Origin: a virus
Lineage: Duplodnaviria > Caudoviricetes
DNA: 31,736 nucleotides
Strand: one strand, 5' to 3'
Virus record (IMG/VR): IMGVR_UViG_3300043173_000726
Location: 1-31,736 of that record
Shown: piece after piece, positions 17,269-26,168 of the stretch
How positions within the stretch are numbered: the first letter of the stretch is position 1
Layout of the letters: each line of letters opens with the position of its first letter
Notes under the pieces: generated by a model
Databases searched by the model: none
The model's input: the letters and a program-made list of their open reading frames with translations, nothing else
What the model was told of the DNA's origin: nothing
Position numbers and translations under genes: made by a program

Positions 17269-19757
17269 TATGTAAATACCTTAACCACAATACTTTCTTC
17301 TGTGAAATACACATACTCGGGCGCATATTCTAATAATTGTTGTTGTGTAAAATTATCTATATTAAAATCAAAGAAAATGTTAGACTCGGGAGTTATCAAT
17401 CGACAGTGTTGAACACCATCTACATTCTGTATTGTCTCAATTAATTCTGAACGATAAATTGGTTTATTAATACCAAACTTATCTGAAAACTCTATGATAA
17501 GCGTCTCCCGTATACTATCTGTAAGTGCTGAAAGAGATCCAGAATAAGTACTTGTTTTGAATACATCCATACTGACAACCAAAGGAATATCATATGATGG
17601 AACAAACCATCCAGAGTTATAAATATATTTTGTTCCTTCATCTTGAACATACACAAAATCATCAGTATTTGGGACTACAAATACCCAAGTTATATTAGTC
17701 GCATCTGAACATTCAGCAATTTCACCATTATGACCTTCCCATTCACCAACCCCATTTGAAACAATATATCTATCTCCAAGATTACATGTCAAAGGAGGAG
17801 AACAATCTATCGCAATCACAGGGAGTCTATTTATAGGATTTAACTCCATATTTTGTAACAATCCAGTCGTATTAGAAAATTTAACATTAACAAAGTCAGT
17901 TAACATTTTATAATCTTTAAATGTCATTGATGATAACATAGACTGTAAAACTTGAGCTTCAAACTCTCGTTGATTTACCCCATCGTAATAATCTTTACGC
18001 ACAGTAGGAATATCATATACAATAACTACACCCGCAGTAGTATCGTTTATTGTATTAGACCTCGTCAGATTTTCTAATGACTGTCTAAAAGTTAAAGTAT
18101 TCTGATACCTTCCTATCAGTCCTTCAGTAGGATGTGATAATGTAAAGTAATATGTTAACTCACCTTCAGGAATTACTGTATAGTCAGGAAGTATTAATAC
18201 AAATTCGTTAGCTGTAGCATCAACATTAATAAGAGAAAATGTCTGTCCACTTTCTAAAATTTCCATTTCGCAACTAACAAGACCAGGATCATCTTCAGTG
18301 CTATTCCATCTTAAAGTATATTGAGCTCCTGCACCCTGTCTTTCAACAACTAAATTATCAGCAACAAAATTATAATCAGATCCAAAACTTGTTACTAAAA
18401 TAGGAACTTGTTCGAGTTCAAATAACACATATGTATAATCAGCTACTGTATTTAATACCTCAATAGTCATATCAAATATAGTATAATAGTCAATACCATT
18501 AAAAGTCAATATCGTATTTCTCGGTACGGTTACAGTTCCTGTAGCAAACTCCCAAAATACATTTCTGGTAGGTACAATTTCATCTTCAAATAATAGAGTA
18601 ATGAATAACATGATTTCGTTATATTTGACATCCGATCTTTTTAATACTGGAAGAGAATTTTCAGCAATCGGAGAATCATCAATAATTATATCTGCATTAA
18701 TATAATCATTTTCAGAAACAAGTCTTTCAAGAGCAGTTATGTTGATAATAGCATTTCGTCTTACTTCATCAATTGATTCTTCATCTAAACCGCCAATAGC
18801 AGCTGATGTATTGACTATTTCATATTGAACTATTTCAGTAGTTCCCGTATCAGTCTCATTGTAAATTCTTTCTCCAGATTTAACTGAACCGGCAATAGCA
18901 TTACCATCTTCTCCTTGAGTTAAAGATAAAGTAACTCTTAATGTTCCACCAGGAGGAGGTTGAACTCCAATAATACCATTACCAAAAGCAAGATTCATTC
19001 CCACTTCAGTTCTCGATAATACATATCCTTTATCATTTTCATCCATCAAATATAGACTACTAAATTGGGTGTATAATTCATAACCTGGAGCGTCTGGAGA
19101 TTTAATCTCAACAACAGTTTCAGTTAACTTACCTGAAAAAGGAACATCTTGTACATAGAATTGATATGTTTGCAAATCTGCATTAATTTGAAATTCTTGA
19201 ACTTCAAGAGTTTTTTGATTCATAGATAAAACAAAAGAGAAAACAGCTTCATCTGTATCTATAACTACAGGGATATCGAATACTATAGATCCTTGTTCAC
19301 CTATAATCTTTACAGAAGAATTGTTTGTTACTGTTATGGTTGTTAAATAATCGGTTGTAAAGAAAACTCCATCGTTTGATTTAACTTCAAATCCTTCTGG
19401 TATTTCAAATTCAGCAACAGGGTCTTCAAAACCTAATGGCATGGTGAAAAGAATATCGACTCGTGCAAACGAAGCAAGACCAGCTTCATATCCTAGAAAT
19501 GCGGCGAGATTATATACAGATTCAGGAAGTTGTGCTTTCGTTAAGAAAAATTCTCGGTAAACAGAAATTTGATAGAATAGAACGTTACTAATCATTGTTG
19601 AAATAACGTTAATTATATAAGATAGGAAAGATGATTTCGTTAAGTCTACATTCTCTAATTCCAGATAATCTTGTAATAATAATATAACCTGGTTTCTTGT
19701 CTCATCTCTTGAGAGATTTATTGCTTCTGATAATAATACATCATTGCCATTTGACAT
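17268..19757 (-). CDS. Baseplate wedge protein (T4 gp6 / baseplate J-like) with inserted DUF2793-like domain
   Basis: EFFLTKAQLPESVYNLAAFLGY, LAFGNGIIGVQPPPG, TQGEDGN and GGLDEESIDEVRRNA...RLVSENDY are gp6-type blocks. Confidence 0.85.
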   Translation of the reverse strand: MSNGNDVLLSEAINLSRDETRNQVILLLQDYLELENVDLTKSSFLSYIINVISTMISNVLFYQISVYREFFLTKAQLPESVYNLAAFLGYEAGLASFARVDILFTMPLGFEDPVAEFEIPEGFEVKSNDGVFFTTDYLTTITVTNNSSVKIIGEQGSIVFDIPVVIDTDEAVFSFVLSMNQKTLEVQEFQINADLQTYQFYVQDVPFSGKLTETVVEIKSPDAPGYELYTQFSSLYLMDENDKGYVLSRTEVGMNLAFGNGIIGVQPPPGGTLRVTLSLTQGEDGNAIAGSVKSGERIYNETDTGTTEIVQYEIVNTSAAIGGLDEESIDEVRRNAIINITALERLVSENDYINADIIIDDSPIAENSLPVLKRSDVKYNEIMLFITLLFEDEIVPTRNVFWEFATGTVTVPRNTILTFNGIDYYTIFDMTIEVLNTVADYTYVLFELEQVPILVTSFGSDYNFVADNLVVERQGAGAQYTLRWNSTEDDPGLVSCEMEILESGQTFSLINVDATANEFVLILPDYTVIPEGELTYYFTLSHPTEGLIGRYQNTLTFRQSLENLTRSNTINDTTAGVVIVYDIPTVRKDYYDGVNQREFEAQVLQSMLSSMTFKDYKMLTDFVNVKFSNTTGLLQNMELNPINRLPVIAIDCSPPLTCNLGDRYIVSNGVGEWEGHNGEIAECSDATNITWVFVVPNTDDFVYVQDEGTKYIYNSGWFVPSYDIPLVVSMDVFKTSTYSGSLSALTDSIRETLIIEFSDKFGINKPIYRSELIETIQNVDGVQHCRLITPESNIFFDFNIDNFTQQQLLEYAPEYVYFTEESIVVKVFT

Positions 19758-19769
19758 CCTTTTTTACCC

Positions 19770-20441
19770 TTATACAAGATAGAAGCCGCTGTTATCATCA
19801 AACAAACTACACTTTGCTCTATCTCTTAATATATCATTTTTTGTTAATAGATTTGTTAAATATGTAGCATCGTCTAGAGTATGAATTTGTTTATCGTACT
19901 CAAAAAATGTAAATGTATCTATAACCTGCTCATCTATTTGAGGTTCAGTATAGCTCTGTTCAATCTCTACTCGTAACCTCCAAAATAATCTATCTGCATT
20001 TACAGATTTCTCAATACCAACAACATGAAATATTGGACTTGTATTTTGAGTAGGTTTTAAATACTCTTGTTCCATTTTAAATTTATCATGAACCAAAGGA
20101 GTAAATCCATATGTGCTTGGTATTGCAAATTGAGTTTCATTCTCTTTTATATATCCAATATCTTGTGCATCAAATGGAGTTTGGACTTCTTCAATATAAT
20201 ATACAGGAATTAAAAGAAATTTATCCCATCTCATTCCTGATAAATCACCAATCTGTTCATATGGTCCACCGCTTATGCCATCACTATCCCATACAGTCTC
20301 TACAGTATTTATATGCCAATATGTAGTAAGAAATGATACAACACTTTTGCTATAAAAATCATATACCATCTTTTGGTATTCATGAATATAAGCATAAGTG
20401 CGTTCATAATTTTGTTGATTTGGAAATTGCCATAATGCCAT
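19770..20441 (-). CDS. Putative virion structural protein (neck/head-completion-like)
   Basis: Within the baseplate operon and coupled to the gp25-like gene; specific role uncertain. Confidence 0.45.
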   Translation of the reverse strand: MALWQFPNQQNYERTYAYIHEYQKMVYDFYSKSVVSFLTTYWHINTVETVWDSDGISGGPYEQIGDLSGMRWDKFLLIPVYYIEEVQTPFDAQDIGYIKENETQFAIPSTYGFTPLVHDKFKMEQEYLKPTQNTSPIFHVVGIEKSVNADRLFWRLRVEIEQSYTEPQIDEQVIDTFTFFEYDKQIHTLDDATYLTNLLTKNDILRDRAKCSLFDDNSGFYLV

Positions 20442-20881
20442 TATTGTACACCATCCGTTAAGATATTTGCAAATGTAGTATCATCTACTTTAACTGTTAA
20501 TGATCCTTTGTGACCATCATAATCTGCAACTATATTTATTTCAAATCCATGACCTCCTCGTAATAATTTAACTCGGACATCTTCAATAGACGCTCTATCG
20601 TCATATAGACTTATTCTATCAATAACTTCAGTTTTGACTGTTTCGATTGTTCCTTCATCCATTGGATCAAAAACATACTTATATAAATCACTTCCAAAGT
20701 CAGGGTCTAAAACATATGTTCTACGTGGAGTTAATAGAATTGTATTCCACGACACAAGGATTACTTGTAAATCTTCTATTCTTTTAAAGTCTCCTCGTGC
20801 TGTAATTATGGACACATAATCCCTTATCTTAGTAGCTGATCCAATAACTTCAGTGAAAAATCTATTTAAGATATTTGCCAT
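20441..20881 (-). CDS. Baseplate wedge subunit, GPW/gp25 family
   Basis: ILLTPRRTYVLDPDFGSDLYKYVFDP...ISLYDDR matches the gp25 signature. Confidence 0.9.
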   Translation of the reverse strand: MANILNRFFTEVIGSATKIRDYVSIITARGDFKRIEDLQVILVSWNTILLTPRRTYVLDPDFGSDLYKYVFDPMDEGTIETVKTEVIDRISLYDDRASIEDVRVKLLRGGHGFEINIVADYDGHKGSLTVKVDDTTFANILTDGVQ

Positions 20882-20883
20882 AA

Positions 20884-21102
20884 TTACTTTCCCTTTGAGA
20901 GTTGCTCATCTAGAGATTTACTCTTATCCTCTTCTAATTTGATCTTCCATTTCAGATAATTCTGAAATCTAGTTATCGGCATCACAACTGTGTCGGGATA
21001 TGACTGGCTCGCCATCTCCATACATGAGAAGACATTAGACTCAAGCGTTTCCCGATACTGATTAATCAGCTCAGATCGAGTACACCATCCGAAAAAAGTT
21101 TG
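20884..21102 (-). CDS. Unannotated small ORF (gp51-like / tail-chaperone extension), probably reached by frameshifting from the upstream gene
   Basis: Stop-to-stop frame of 72 codons: QTFFGWCTRSELINQYRETLESNVFSCMEMASQSYPDTVVMPITRFQNYLKWKIKLEEDKSKSLDEQLSKGK; fills the gap and ends 2 nt before the gp25 ATG; no SD-led ATG. Confidence 0.7.
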   Translation of the reverse strand, partial: QTFFGWCTRSELINQYRETLESNVFSCMEMASQSYPDTVVMPITRFQNYLKWKIKLEEDKSKSLDEQLSKGK

Positions 21103-21856
21103 TTACTAAATCTATATCAATATCTTCTTCCATACCACATGCGCCACAAGTCGATCTCATTTTTAGAGTAATACCATACTTTCCAAATTCGTCTCTATAT
21201 TTTTTATGTAAAACTCTTTTATCTCTAGATGGTAAAGCCATATACGCATCAATAATATCACCACGCTCAGAATAAACAATGCTATCGCCTTCTTCAGGCT
21301 GTTGTTCAAATCTGTCAATGACTAGAGCTTCAGTAATAAGATCTATATTTGAACCAGGTTGAATAGACAAAGTTCTCATAGATATCATTTCATCGTGTAA
21401 AGTAGGTTGTTTTACATAAACAGTAACTCCAGTAGTTCTGGGAAGATCAACTGGAATCTTTTTAGTTAGAATATCTTTATTGGGATATTCATCATAGTTA
21501 AAGGTTGAAGAGGCTTGTACAGTAACTGCATAATCTTTCCTGCATGATGAACAAGTAACATCATAATTCCTGATCTCTTCATATGAGATATGATATAAAC
21601 CGTATAGCAAAGCATCTCTGTCCTTTAGCGTTACATGTTTTAAGAAATCGTCATACTCAACTATTGCGTCCGGTTTATTTACGATGGCATCATAGAGACA
21701 TTTATTCAAATGTTCATGAACTTTTGATGGGGTCATTAAGCTCCCTTTCAATCGCTCTTCCTCTTGAACAGTTAAAGAACGAATAGTGAACGAATCATGT
21801 GTCTGAGGTGTGATAACCTCATATTCCGGGAACTTTACATTAAAACCTTTAAACAT
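21071..21856 (-). CDS. T4 gp26-like baseplate hub / tail assembly chaperone
   Basis: PEYEVITP...IRSLTVQEEE, LKDRDALL, two CxxC pairs (CSSC, CGAC), ends NFFRMVYSI; SD AAGGAGG. Confidence 0.7.
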   Translation of the reverse strand: MFKGFNVKFPEYEVITPQTHDSFTIRSLTVQEEERLKGSLMTPSKVHEHLNKCLYDAIVNKPDAIVEYDDFLKHVTLKDRDALLYGLYHISYEEIRNYDVTCSSCRKDYAVTVQASSTFNYDEYPNKDILTKKIPVDLPRTTGVTVYVKQPTLHDEMISMRTLSIQPGSNIDLITEALVIDRFEQQPEEGDSIVYSERGDIIDAYMALPSRDKRVLHKKYRDEFGKYGITLKMRSTCGACGMEEDIDIDLVTNFFRMVYSI

Positions 21857-21905
21857 AACATCTACCTCCTTTCAATTCAGGTCAATTAATATATTTCAAT
21901 GTTGG

Positions 21906-21928
21906 TGGGGTCTCTTAATGAGACCCCA
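21906..21928. terminator. GC-rich hairpin between structural genes (terminator or RNA-stability element)
   Basis: TGGGGTCTC/GAGACCCCA 9-bp stem with 5-nt loop; no U-tract on the coding (minus) strand. Confidence 0.5.
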
Positions 21929-21937
21929 AATCTATTA

Positions 21938-22816
21938 TTAAGCAGCTTTTGCTTGAAGACTTGAAACTTTTCTTCCAATAGCAGCTTTACATTTTTCAGG
22001 ATTTTTAGATTTAGCACATGCTCCCATTCCAGCTTGTAGGAATGCAGCTTTCTTAGCATATGCAGATTTCTTAGCTTTACCCATACATGCAGTCTTTGCC
22101 TCTCCTGATTGGCCAGCACATGCTTTAGCAGCAGCACTAAAGAACCTTCGATACGCTTTCATAGCTCCATAAATAACAAGAGCTCCTAAAGCAGCTCCAG
22201 CAACTCCTTGCCCAGCTGGGGATGTAGCCCAAGATTTAAACTGAGGCAAACCTTTTTCTATAGCAGCTCTACCAGCTGAAACAGCATCACCACCAGCTTT
22301 CATCCAATAGTCTTTTGCAGTTTTTACAGCACCACCTACTGCTTCACCACCACCACCAGGTGAGTAATAGTCTTTTGCAGTTTTTACAACTCCTTTAAGA
22401 CCGGCCATAGTTGGACTTTGCTCAATAATAGCAATAGCATTTCCTTGTTCCTGATAGAATTTTAACATTGGTTTTGTAGTCATCATTGCTGGAAAGACAC
22501 TATCAACTTCATGTAAGAATGAATTAAACGCATCAGTTCCCATTGCTTTTACAACGAGATCATGAGATTTTAATGTTTGTTCTTTCATAAAGCTAAATAG
22601 ATATGCTTCAGCTGCGATATTTTGTTTTTCTTCTGGAAGAACTCCAGTAACTAATAGAGACATAATTTCATAATCACTGGCTTCATTCTCAAGAAATCCA
22701 ACCATCTCATCTGAATTTTCATGATTAGATTCTAAAACCATTTGAGTTAAAGTATCTCTCGCACTAAGCAAGAATAATACCGATTCCCTAATATTTTGAC
22801 TTTCTGTAATATACAT
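21938..22816 (-). CDS. Putative virion protein with Ala/Gly-rich repeat, hydrophobic helix and basic Cys-paired C-terminus
   Basis: GVAGAALGALVIYGAM hydrophobic segment; ACAGQSGEAKTAC and ACAKSKNPEKC; directly downstream of the tube gene; SD AAGGAG. Confidence 0.6.
   Translation of the reverse strand: MYITESQNIRESVLFLLSARDTLTQMVLESNHENSDEMVGFLENEASDYEIMSLLVTGVLPEEKQNIAAEAYLFSFMKEQTLKSHDLVVKAMGTDAFNSFLHEVDSVFPAMMTTKPMLKFYQEQGNAIAIIEQSPTMAGLKGVVKTAKDYYSPGGGGEAVGGAVKTAKDYWMKAGGDAVSAGRAAIEKGLPQFKSWATSPAGQGVAGAALGALVIYGAMKAYRRFFSAAAKACAGQSGEAKTACMGKAKKSAYAKKAAFLQAGMGACAKSKNPEKCKAAIGRKVSSLQAKAA
22306..22388. repeat. 23-nt exact direct repeat with 60-nt period (encodes VKTAKDY twice)
   Basis: AATAGTCTTTTGCAGTTTTTACA at 22306-22328 and 22366-22388. 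Confidence 0.9.
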
Positions 22817-22842
22817 TTTACTTTCTCCTTATTTGTTAATAA

Positions 22843-23565
22843 TTAGCTAGCTTGTGATACCTTATTTCCATAATCGTTAATAAGATCGTCTCTTAATTGA
22901 TAGATTTCTTGTGCATAAGTTTCACACTTAGCTTTGACCCAATCTTCATGCCAAATATAGTCAACATTGAACTCGATCTCAGTATCTAATCTACCAACAG
23001 TTTCGACGTCACTTGCAAAAAGATCCTGTGGATCCTTTGTTGGGAAAACCCCATCATATGCAGCATAATATTCTACTGATCTAACATCTGGAGATGTAGT
23101 CCAGTAATACATAATTCCAGCATATGTTCCTTTTGAGTAACCGCTTAACTGATCACCTTCTGCAAGTGCTGTGGTTCCTGAACGATAATCTCTTATCATC
23201 TTAACCCAACCATGCATAATATTTAGAATCGGAGTTCCATTAAACTCTAAGAATTTAACAGAAACAGCGTTACCATAATCTACATTTCCAGGTACTGCCC
23301 ATTTAATCCCGCCAAGACCCGTAAATTCAACTTTGTTCAGGGTTCCTCCCGGTGGAGTAACTGATAGGCATGCACCAGCTAAAATGTTCCCGATCTTCTG
23401 ATTGTTTTCAATATTAGCATAGTCCGGTAATAGTGGAGGGAGCCGTGGAAAATATACAAAATGATAACCGGTAATATAAGGATCAGCAACTCCAGCTACA
23501 GTACCACCGAAGTTACGACTTAAACGGTTCCTTTCAACTTGTGCAAATGAATTTTTTATTGCCAT
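22843..23565 (-). CDS. Tail tube protein (gp19-like)
   Basis: SVTPPGGTL..VEF, VPGNVDYGNAVSVKFLE, WVKMI, YDGVFP and EIEFNVD follow the contractile tube pattern; same strand as and downstream of the sheath. Confidence 0.75.
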   Translation of the reverse strand: MAIKNSFAQVERNRLSRNFGGTVAGVADPYITGYHFVYFPRLPPLLPDYANIENNQKIGNILAGACLSVTPPGGTLNKVEFTGLGGIKWAVPGNVDYGNAVSVKFLEFNGTPILNIMHGWVKMIRDYRSGTTALAEGDQLSGYSKGTYAGIMYYWTTSPDVRSVEYYAAYDGVFPTKDPQDLFASDVETVGRLDTEIEFNVDYIWHEDWVKAKCETYAQEIYQLRDDLINDYGNKVSQAS

Positions 23566-23580
23566 TGTTAGTTTGACCTC

Positions 23581-24123
23581 CTAAAGATTCATCCTCTTTG
23601 TAATTTCATCTTTTACAGATTCCCAATTGTTGAAATGTATTGCTAAATCATCAATGTAGAAATTTGCAGCCAATTTTTCGGCGGTAATTAAATCGAAGTG
23701 AATACCATATTCTTTTAAGTAGTTTTCAACTTTAATAATTTCTTTCTTATAATCCTGACCAAATTCTTCACCACTAGTTTTTGATGCCCTACTGGTAAAA
23801 ATAACTATTTGAAATCCCAGATCTTTTAACCAATCGATAATCTCTATTGCATCCTCAAAAGGTTTATCATAGAGTGTTCCATCATGATAACCTTTGGAGA
23901 ATTTATGAATAGTTCCATCAAAATCGATCATCGCTCGAAGGGTTCCATTAGTTAACTTGTGTTGTTCTTTAATTCGTTTAGGATAAATCCCTCTACGGAC
24001 CATTTTTTTCCTTCTTCCAGTTGAAAATGAATCCATACCAAAGGCATGTCCAGCTGAAATTGAAGCGCCAGCACCCATAGATTCTGAGCTTTGTATTTGC
24101 TCTAAATAGTCTTCTATATTCAT
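23581..24123 (-). CDS. HAD-superfamily phosphatase with N-terminal extension
   Basis: MIDFDGTI (motif I), IFTSR (II), K...FYIDD (III/IV). Confidence 0.85.
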   Translation of the reverse strand: MNIEDYLEQIQSSESMGAGASISAGHAFGMDSFSTGRRKKMVRRGIYPKRIKEQHKLTNGTLRAMIDFDGTIHKFSKGYHDGTLYDKPFEDAIEIIDWLKDLGFQIVIFTSRASKTSGEEFGQDYKKEIIKVENYLKEYGIHFDLITAEKLAANFYIDDLAIHFNNWESVKDEITKRMNL

Positions 24124-24144
24124 TCTTCGTAACTACCTCAGTTT

Positions 24145-24157
24145 TATATTTTGTTCT
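24145..24157 (-). promoter_or_regulatory. Putative late promoter, motif L (AGAACAAAATATA)
   Basis: Identical to 29281-29293; heads the HAD-tube-baseplate operon. Confidence 0.7.
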
Positions 24158-24182
24158 AATCTTTATACTATATCGTCACAAA

Positions 24183-24204
24183 TACTATATATATAAATAA
24201 ATGA
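24183..24204 (+). promoter_or_regulatory. Putative phage promoter, motif E (TACTATATATATAAATAAATGA)
   Basis: 22/22 identical to 30547-30568 and 21/22 to 29320-29341; 36 nt before the SD-led start at 24241. Confidence 0.8.
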
Positions 24205-24240
24205 AAACATAAATCATTGCTTTAATTAAGGAGGAAACGT

Positions 24241-24603
24241 ATGAATCAATCTGGTAAAGGTAGTATTGGTATATGGCCAATAATCATCGGTCTTGTTGTT
24301 GGGTATAATTTTTTCTTTGATGATGATGACCCCGATACTGATATAAAACAAGAAGTTAAATCGATAGTTCAAGATGTAGAAGAAAACTATGGAGATGAAA
24401 TAAAAGCTATAAAAGAGAAAGCAGCTCAAATTAAAGAAGGTCTTCTCGAAGCAGCTGAAGCGAGGAAGAAACATAAGGAAGAACTGAAGGCGGAAGCAGA
24501 AACTCCAAAGGTAGAATCAGATTTAAATGAAAAATTTGAAGACCCAGATGAAAAATTTGAAGACCCGGATGAATCTGAAGAAGATGAAGGGAGAGGATTG
24601 TGA
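24241..24603 (+). CDS. Membrane-anchored acidic protein
   Basis: N-terminal hydrophobic segment IGIWPIIIGLVVGYNFFF, coiled-coil middle, acidic tail; SD AAGGAGG. Confidence 0.75.
   Translation: MNQSGKGSIGIWPIIIGLVVGYNFFFDDDDPDTDIKQEVKSIVQDVEENYGDEIKAIKEKAAQIKEGLLEAAEARKKHKEELKAEAETPKVESDLNEKFEDPDEKFEDPDESEEDEGRGL
24527..24573 (+). repeat. 21-nt tandem repeat (EKFEDPD x2)
   Basis: ATGAAAAATTTGAAGACCC(A/G)G twice, followed by ATGAA. Confidence 0.9.
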
Positions 24604-25652
24604 TATATGTTTTAAAAGATGGAAAAACAGGAGCAGTTATTAAATCTGAATTTGATAAGATATTCAGAAACGATAACTATGAAGTATTCTTTAATACAAA
24701 AACTGGGTTAGAAGTTCATAGGGGAATAGACGGAAAACCTGATCCTTTTATGACCGAACTTCCTCTTTTATTGGACATTGGTATTATGGGTTCGTGTCCG
24801 AACAAATGTAGATTTTGTTATCAGGGAGATATAGATGAACCCAATATGACTCTTGATAATTTCAAATCTATAATTGATCAGGTCAAATATCATGTTAATC
24901 AGCTTGCTCTAGGAGGTAGAGGCGATCCAAATAAACATGAACACTTCAAAGAGATACTCACTTACGCAAGGGATAATAATGTAGTCCCAAGTTATACTAC
25001 AAGTGGGATCAATTTAACAGATGAAGAAATTGAAATCTCAAAGATGTGTGGTGCTGTAGCCGTAAGCGATTATGGAAGTACGTCAACATATGAAGCCATT
25101 CAAAGGTTTATAGATGCAGGAATTAAAACAAACATTCATTTAATTTTCTCCGGTGAGTCATTTCAAAAATGTATTATGATTCTTTATGGAAGCAATCCTT
25201 GGAAAGCAGACAGTGTAAAGAAAGAACCTCTATTTGAATTAGAAAAATTAAATGGAGTTATCTTTCTTCTTTTCAAACCGCAAGGTAGAGGAGCAGACTG
25301 TCATGATCTTATTCCTAATGCTTATCAGTTGGAGACAATGGCAGAAAAAGTCGCAAACTCTCAAGCTAAAATACAAATTGGCATTGATAGTTGTCTTGCA
25401 AATCATTTATTCAAATATAAAAGTCTAGATGCAATACAGACATTAACAGTTGATTCATGTGAAGCAAGCAGAATGTCAGCATATATAACACCTTCTATGG
25501 AAATGATGCCATGTAGCTATGCAGACAAAAAACTTTCAGTTCAAATCACACAAAAGAAAGACATTAGTTATATATGGAATCGATCAATGCCTTTTAAAAG
25601 TTATCGTAGCATATTGAAAAAGAAACCATTTACTTGCCCTGCGGGGTTTTAA
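24600..25652 (+). CDS. Radical SAM protein with C-terminal SPASM/twitch-like region
   Basis: CPNKCRFC cluster motif, LGGRGDP, YTTSG, SCEASRMSAYITPSMEMMPCS...CP; GTG start overlapping the upstream stop. Confidence 0.9.
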   Translation: MIYVLKDGKTGAVIKSEFDKIFRNDNYEVFFNTKTGLEVHRGIDGKPDPFMTELPLLLDIGIMGSCPNKCRFCYQGDIDEPNMTLDNFKSIIDQVKYHVNQLALGGRGDPNKHEHFKEILTYARDNNVVPSYTTSGINLTDEEIEISKMCGAVAVSDYGSTSTYEAIQRFIDAGIKTNIHLIFSGESFQKCIMILYGSNPWKADSVKKEPLFELEKLNGVIFLLFKPQGRGADCHDLIPNAYQLETMAEKVANSQAKIQIGIDSCLANHLFKYKSLDAIQTLTVDSCEASRMSAYITPSMEMMPCSYADKKLSVQITQKKDISYIWNRSMPFKSYRSILKKKPFTCPAGF

Positions 25653-25661
25653 GGAGCAATC

Positions 25662-26168
25662 ATGTTAACTCAAGAAAACATCAGAGAGATACCAGTTGCA
25701 GTAGATTTTGTAGCAGTTCCCAGCACTTTCGATATAGAATTGTTCCTTTCAATGAGAGAGAGTGCTGGGATGTTTGAAGGGAAGGAAACAAATATGGAAC
25801 ATGTAAAATTTGTTGCCGAAACCGTTAAAGCATCTCCATATTTTATCCTTTCAAAAACTCCAGAAATAACAATCCAATCTGCTTTCTTTTGTCTTGAAAT
25901 CTTTAGAGAAGCTGGACTAACCATCGATTCAAATTATAGCGAAGCATGGGACAGTAAATTTAGAGGTAGGACTTGGCAACATCATACTAAACAGGATTTT
26001 AAGTATGAGTCAGGACATATAAGTCAAACCGCATTTCTAATGATCATAGTGAATCTCTATAGGTTTGTCGAAGAAGGAATCATGACTCCAATAATTGAAA
26101 AAATAGTTGAGTCTGAAGATCGAGTCGCAAGGACTGAAGATGCAATGGAGATGTTAGATGAAAAATAG
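25662..26168 (+). CDS. Hypothetical protein
   Basis: 168-aa ORF with SD AAGGAG. Confidence 0.7.
   Translation: MLTQENIREIPVAVDFVAVPSTFDIELFLSMRESAGMFEGKETNMEHVKFVAETVKASPYFILSKTPEITIQSAFFCLEIFREAGLTIDSNYSEAWDSKFRGRTWQHHTKQDFKYESGHISQTAFLMIIVNLYRFVEEGIMTPIIEKIVESEDRVARTEDAMEMLDEK

Noticed and set aside
21892-21903. Extra late promoter AACATTGAAATA before the gp26-like gene
   Set aside because: Matches only the 4-nt AACA core; too likely by chance in AT-rich DNA to call
22306-22388. Mini CRISPR array (23-nt repeat with 37-nt spacer)
   Set aside because: Only two copies, non-palindromic, in frame inside a gene with similarity extending into the spacer (GG.AV); no cas genes in the window
24600-25652. 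QueE (7-carboxy-7-deazaguanine synthase)
   Set aside because: Too long, lacks the N-terminal F.SIQGEG block of QueE and has a SPASM-like tail
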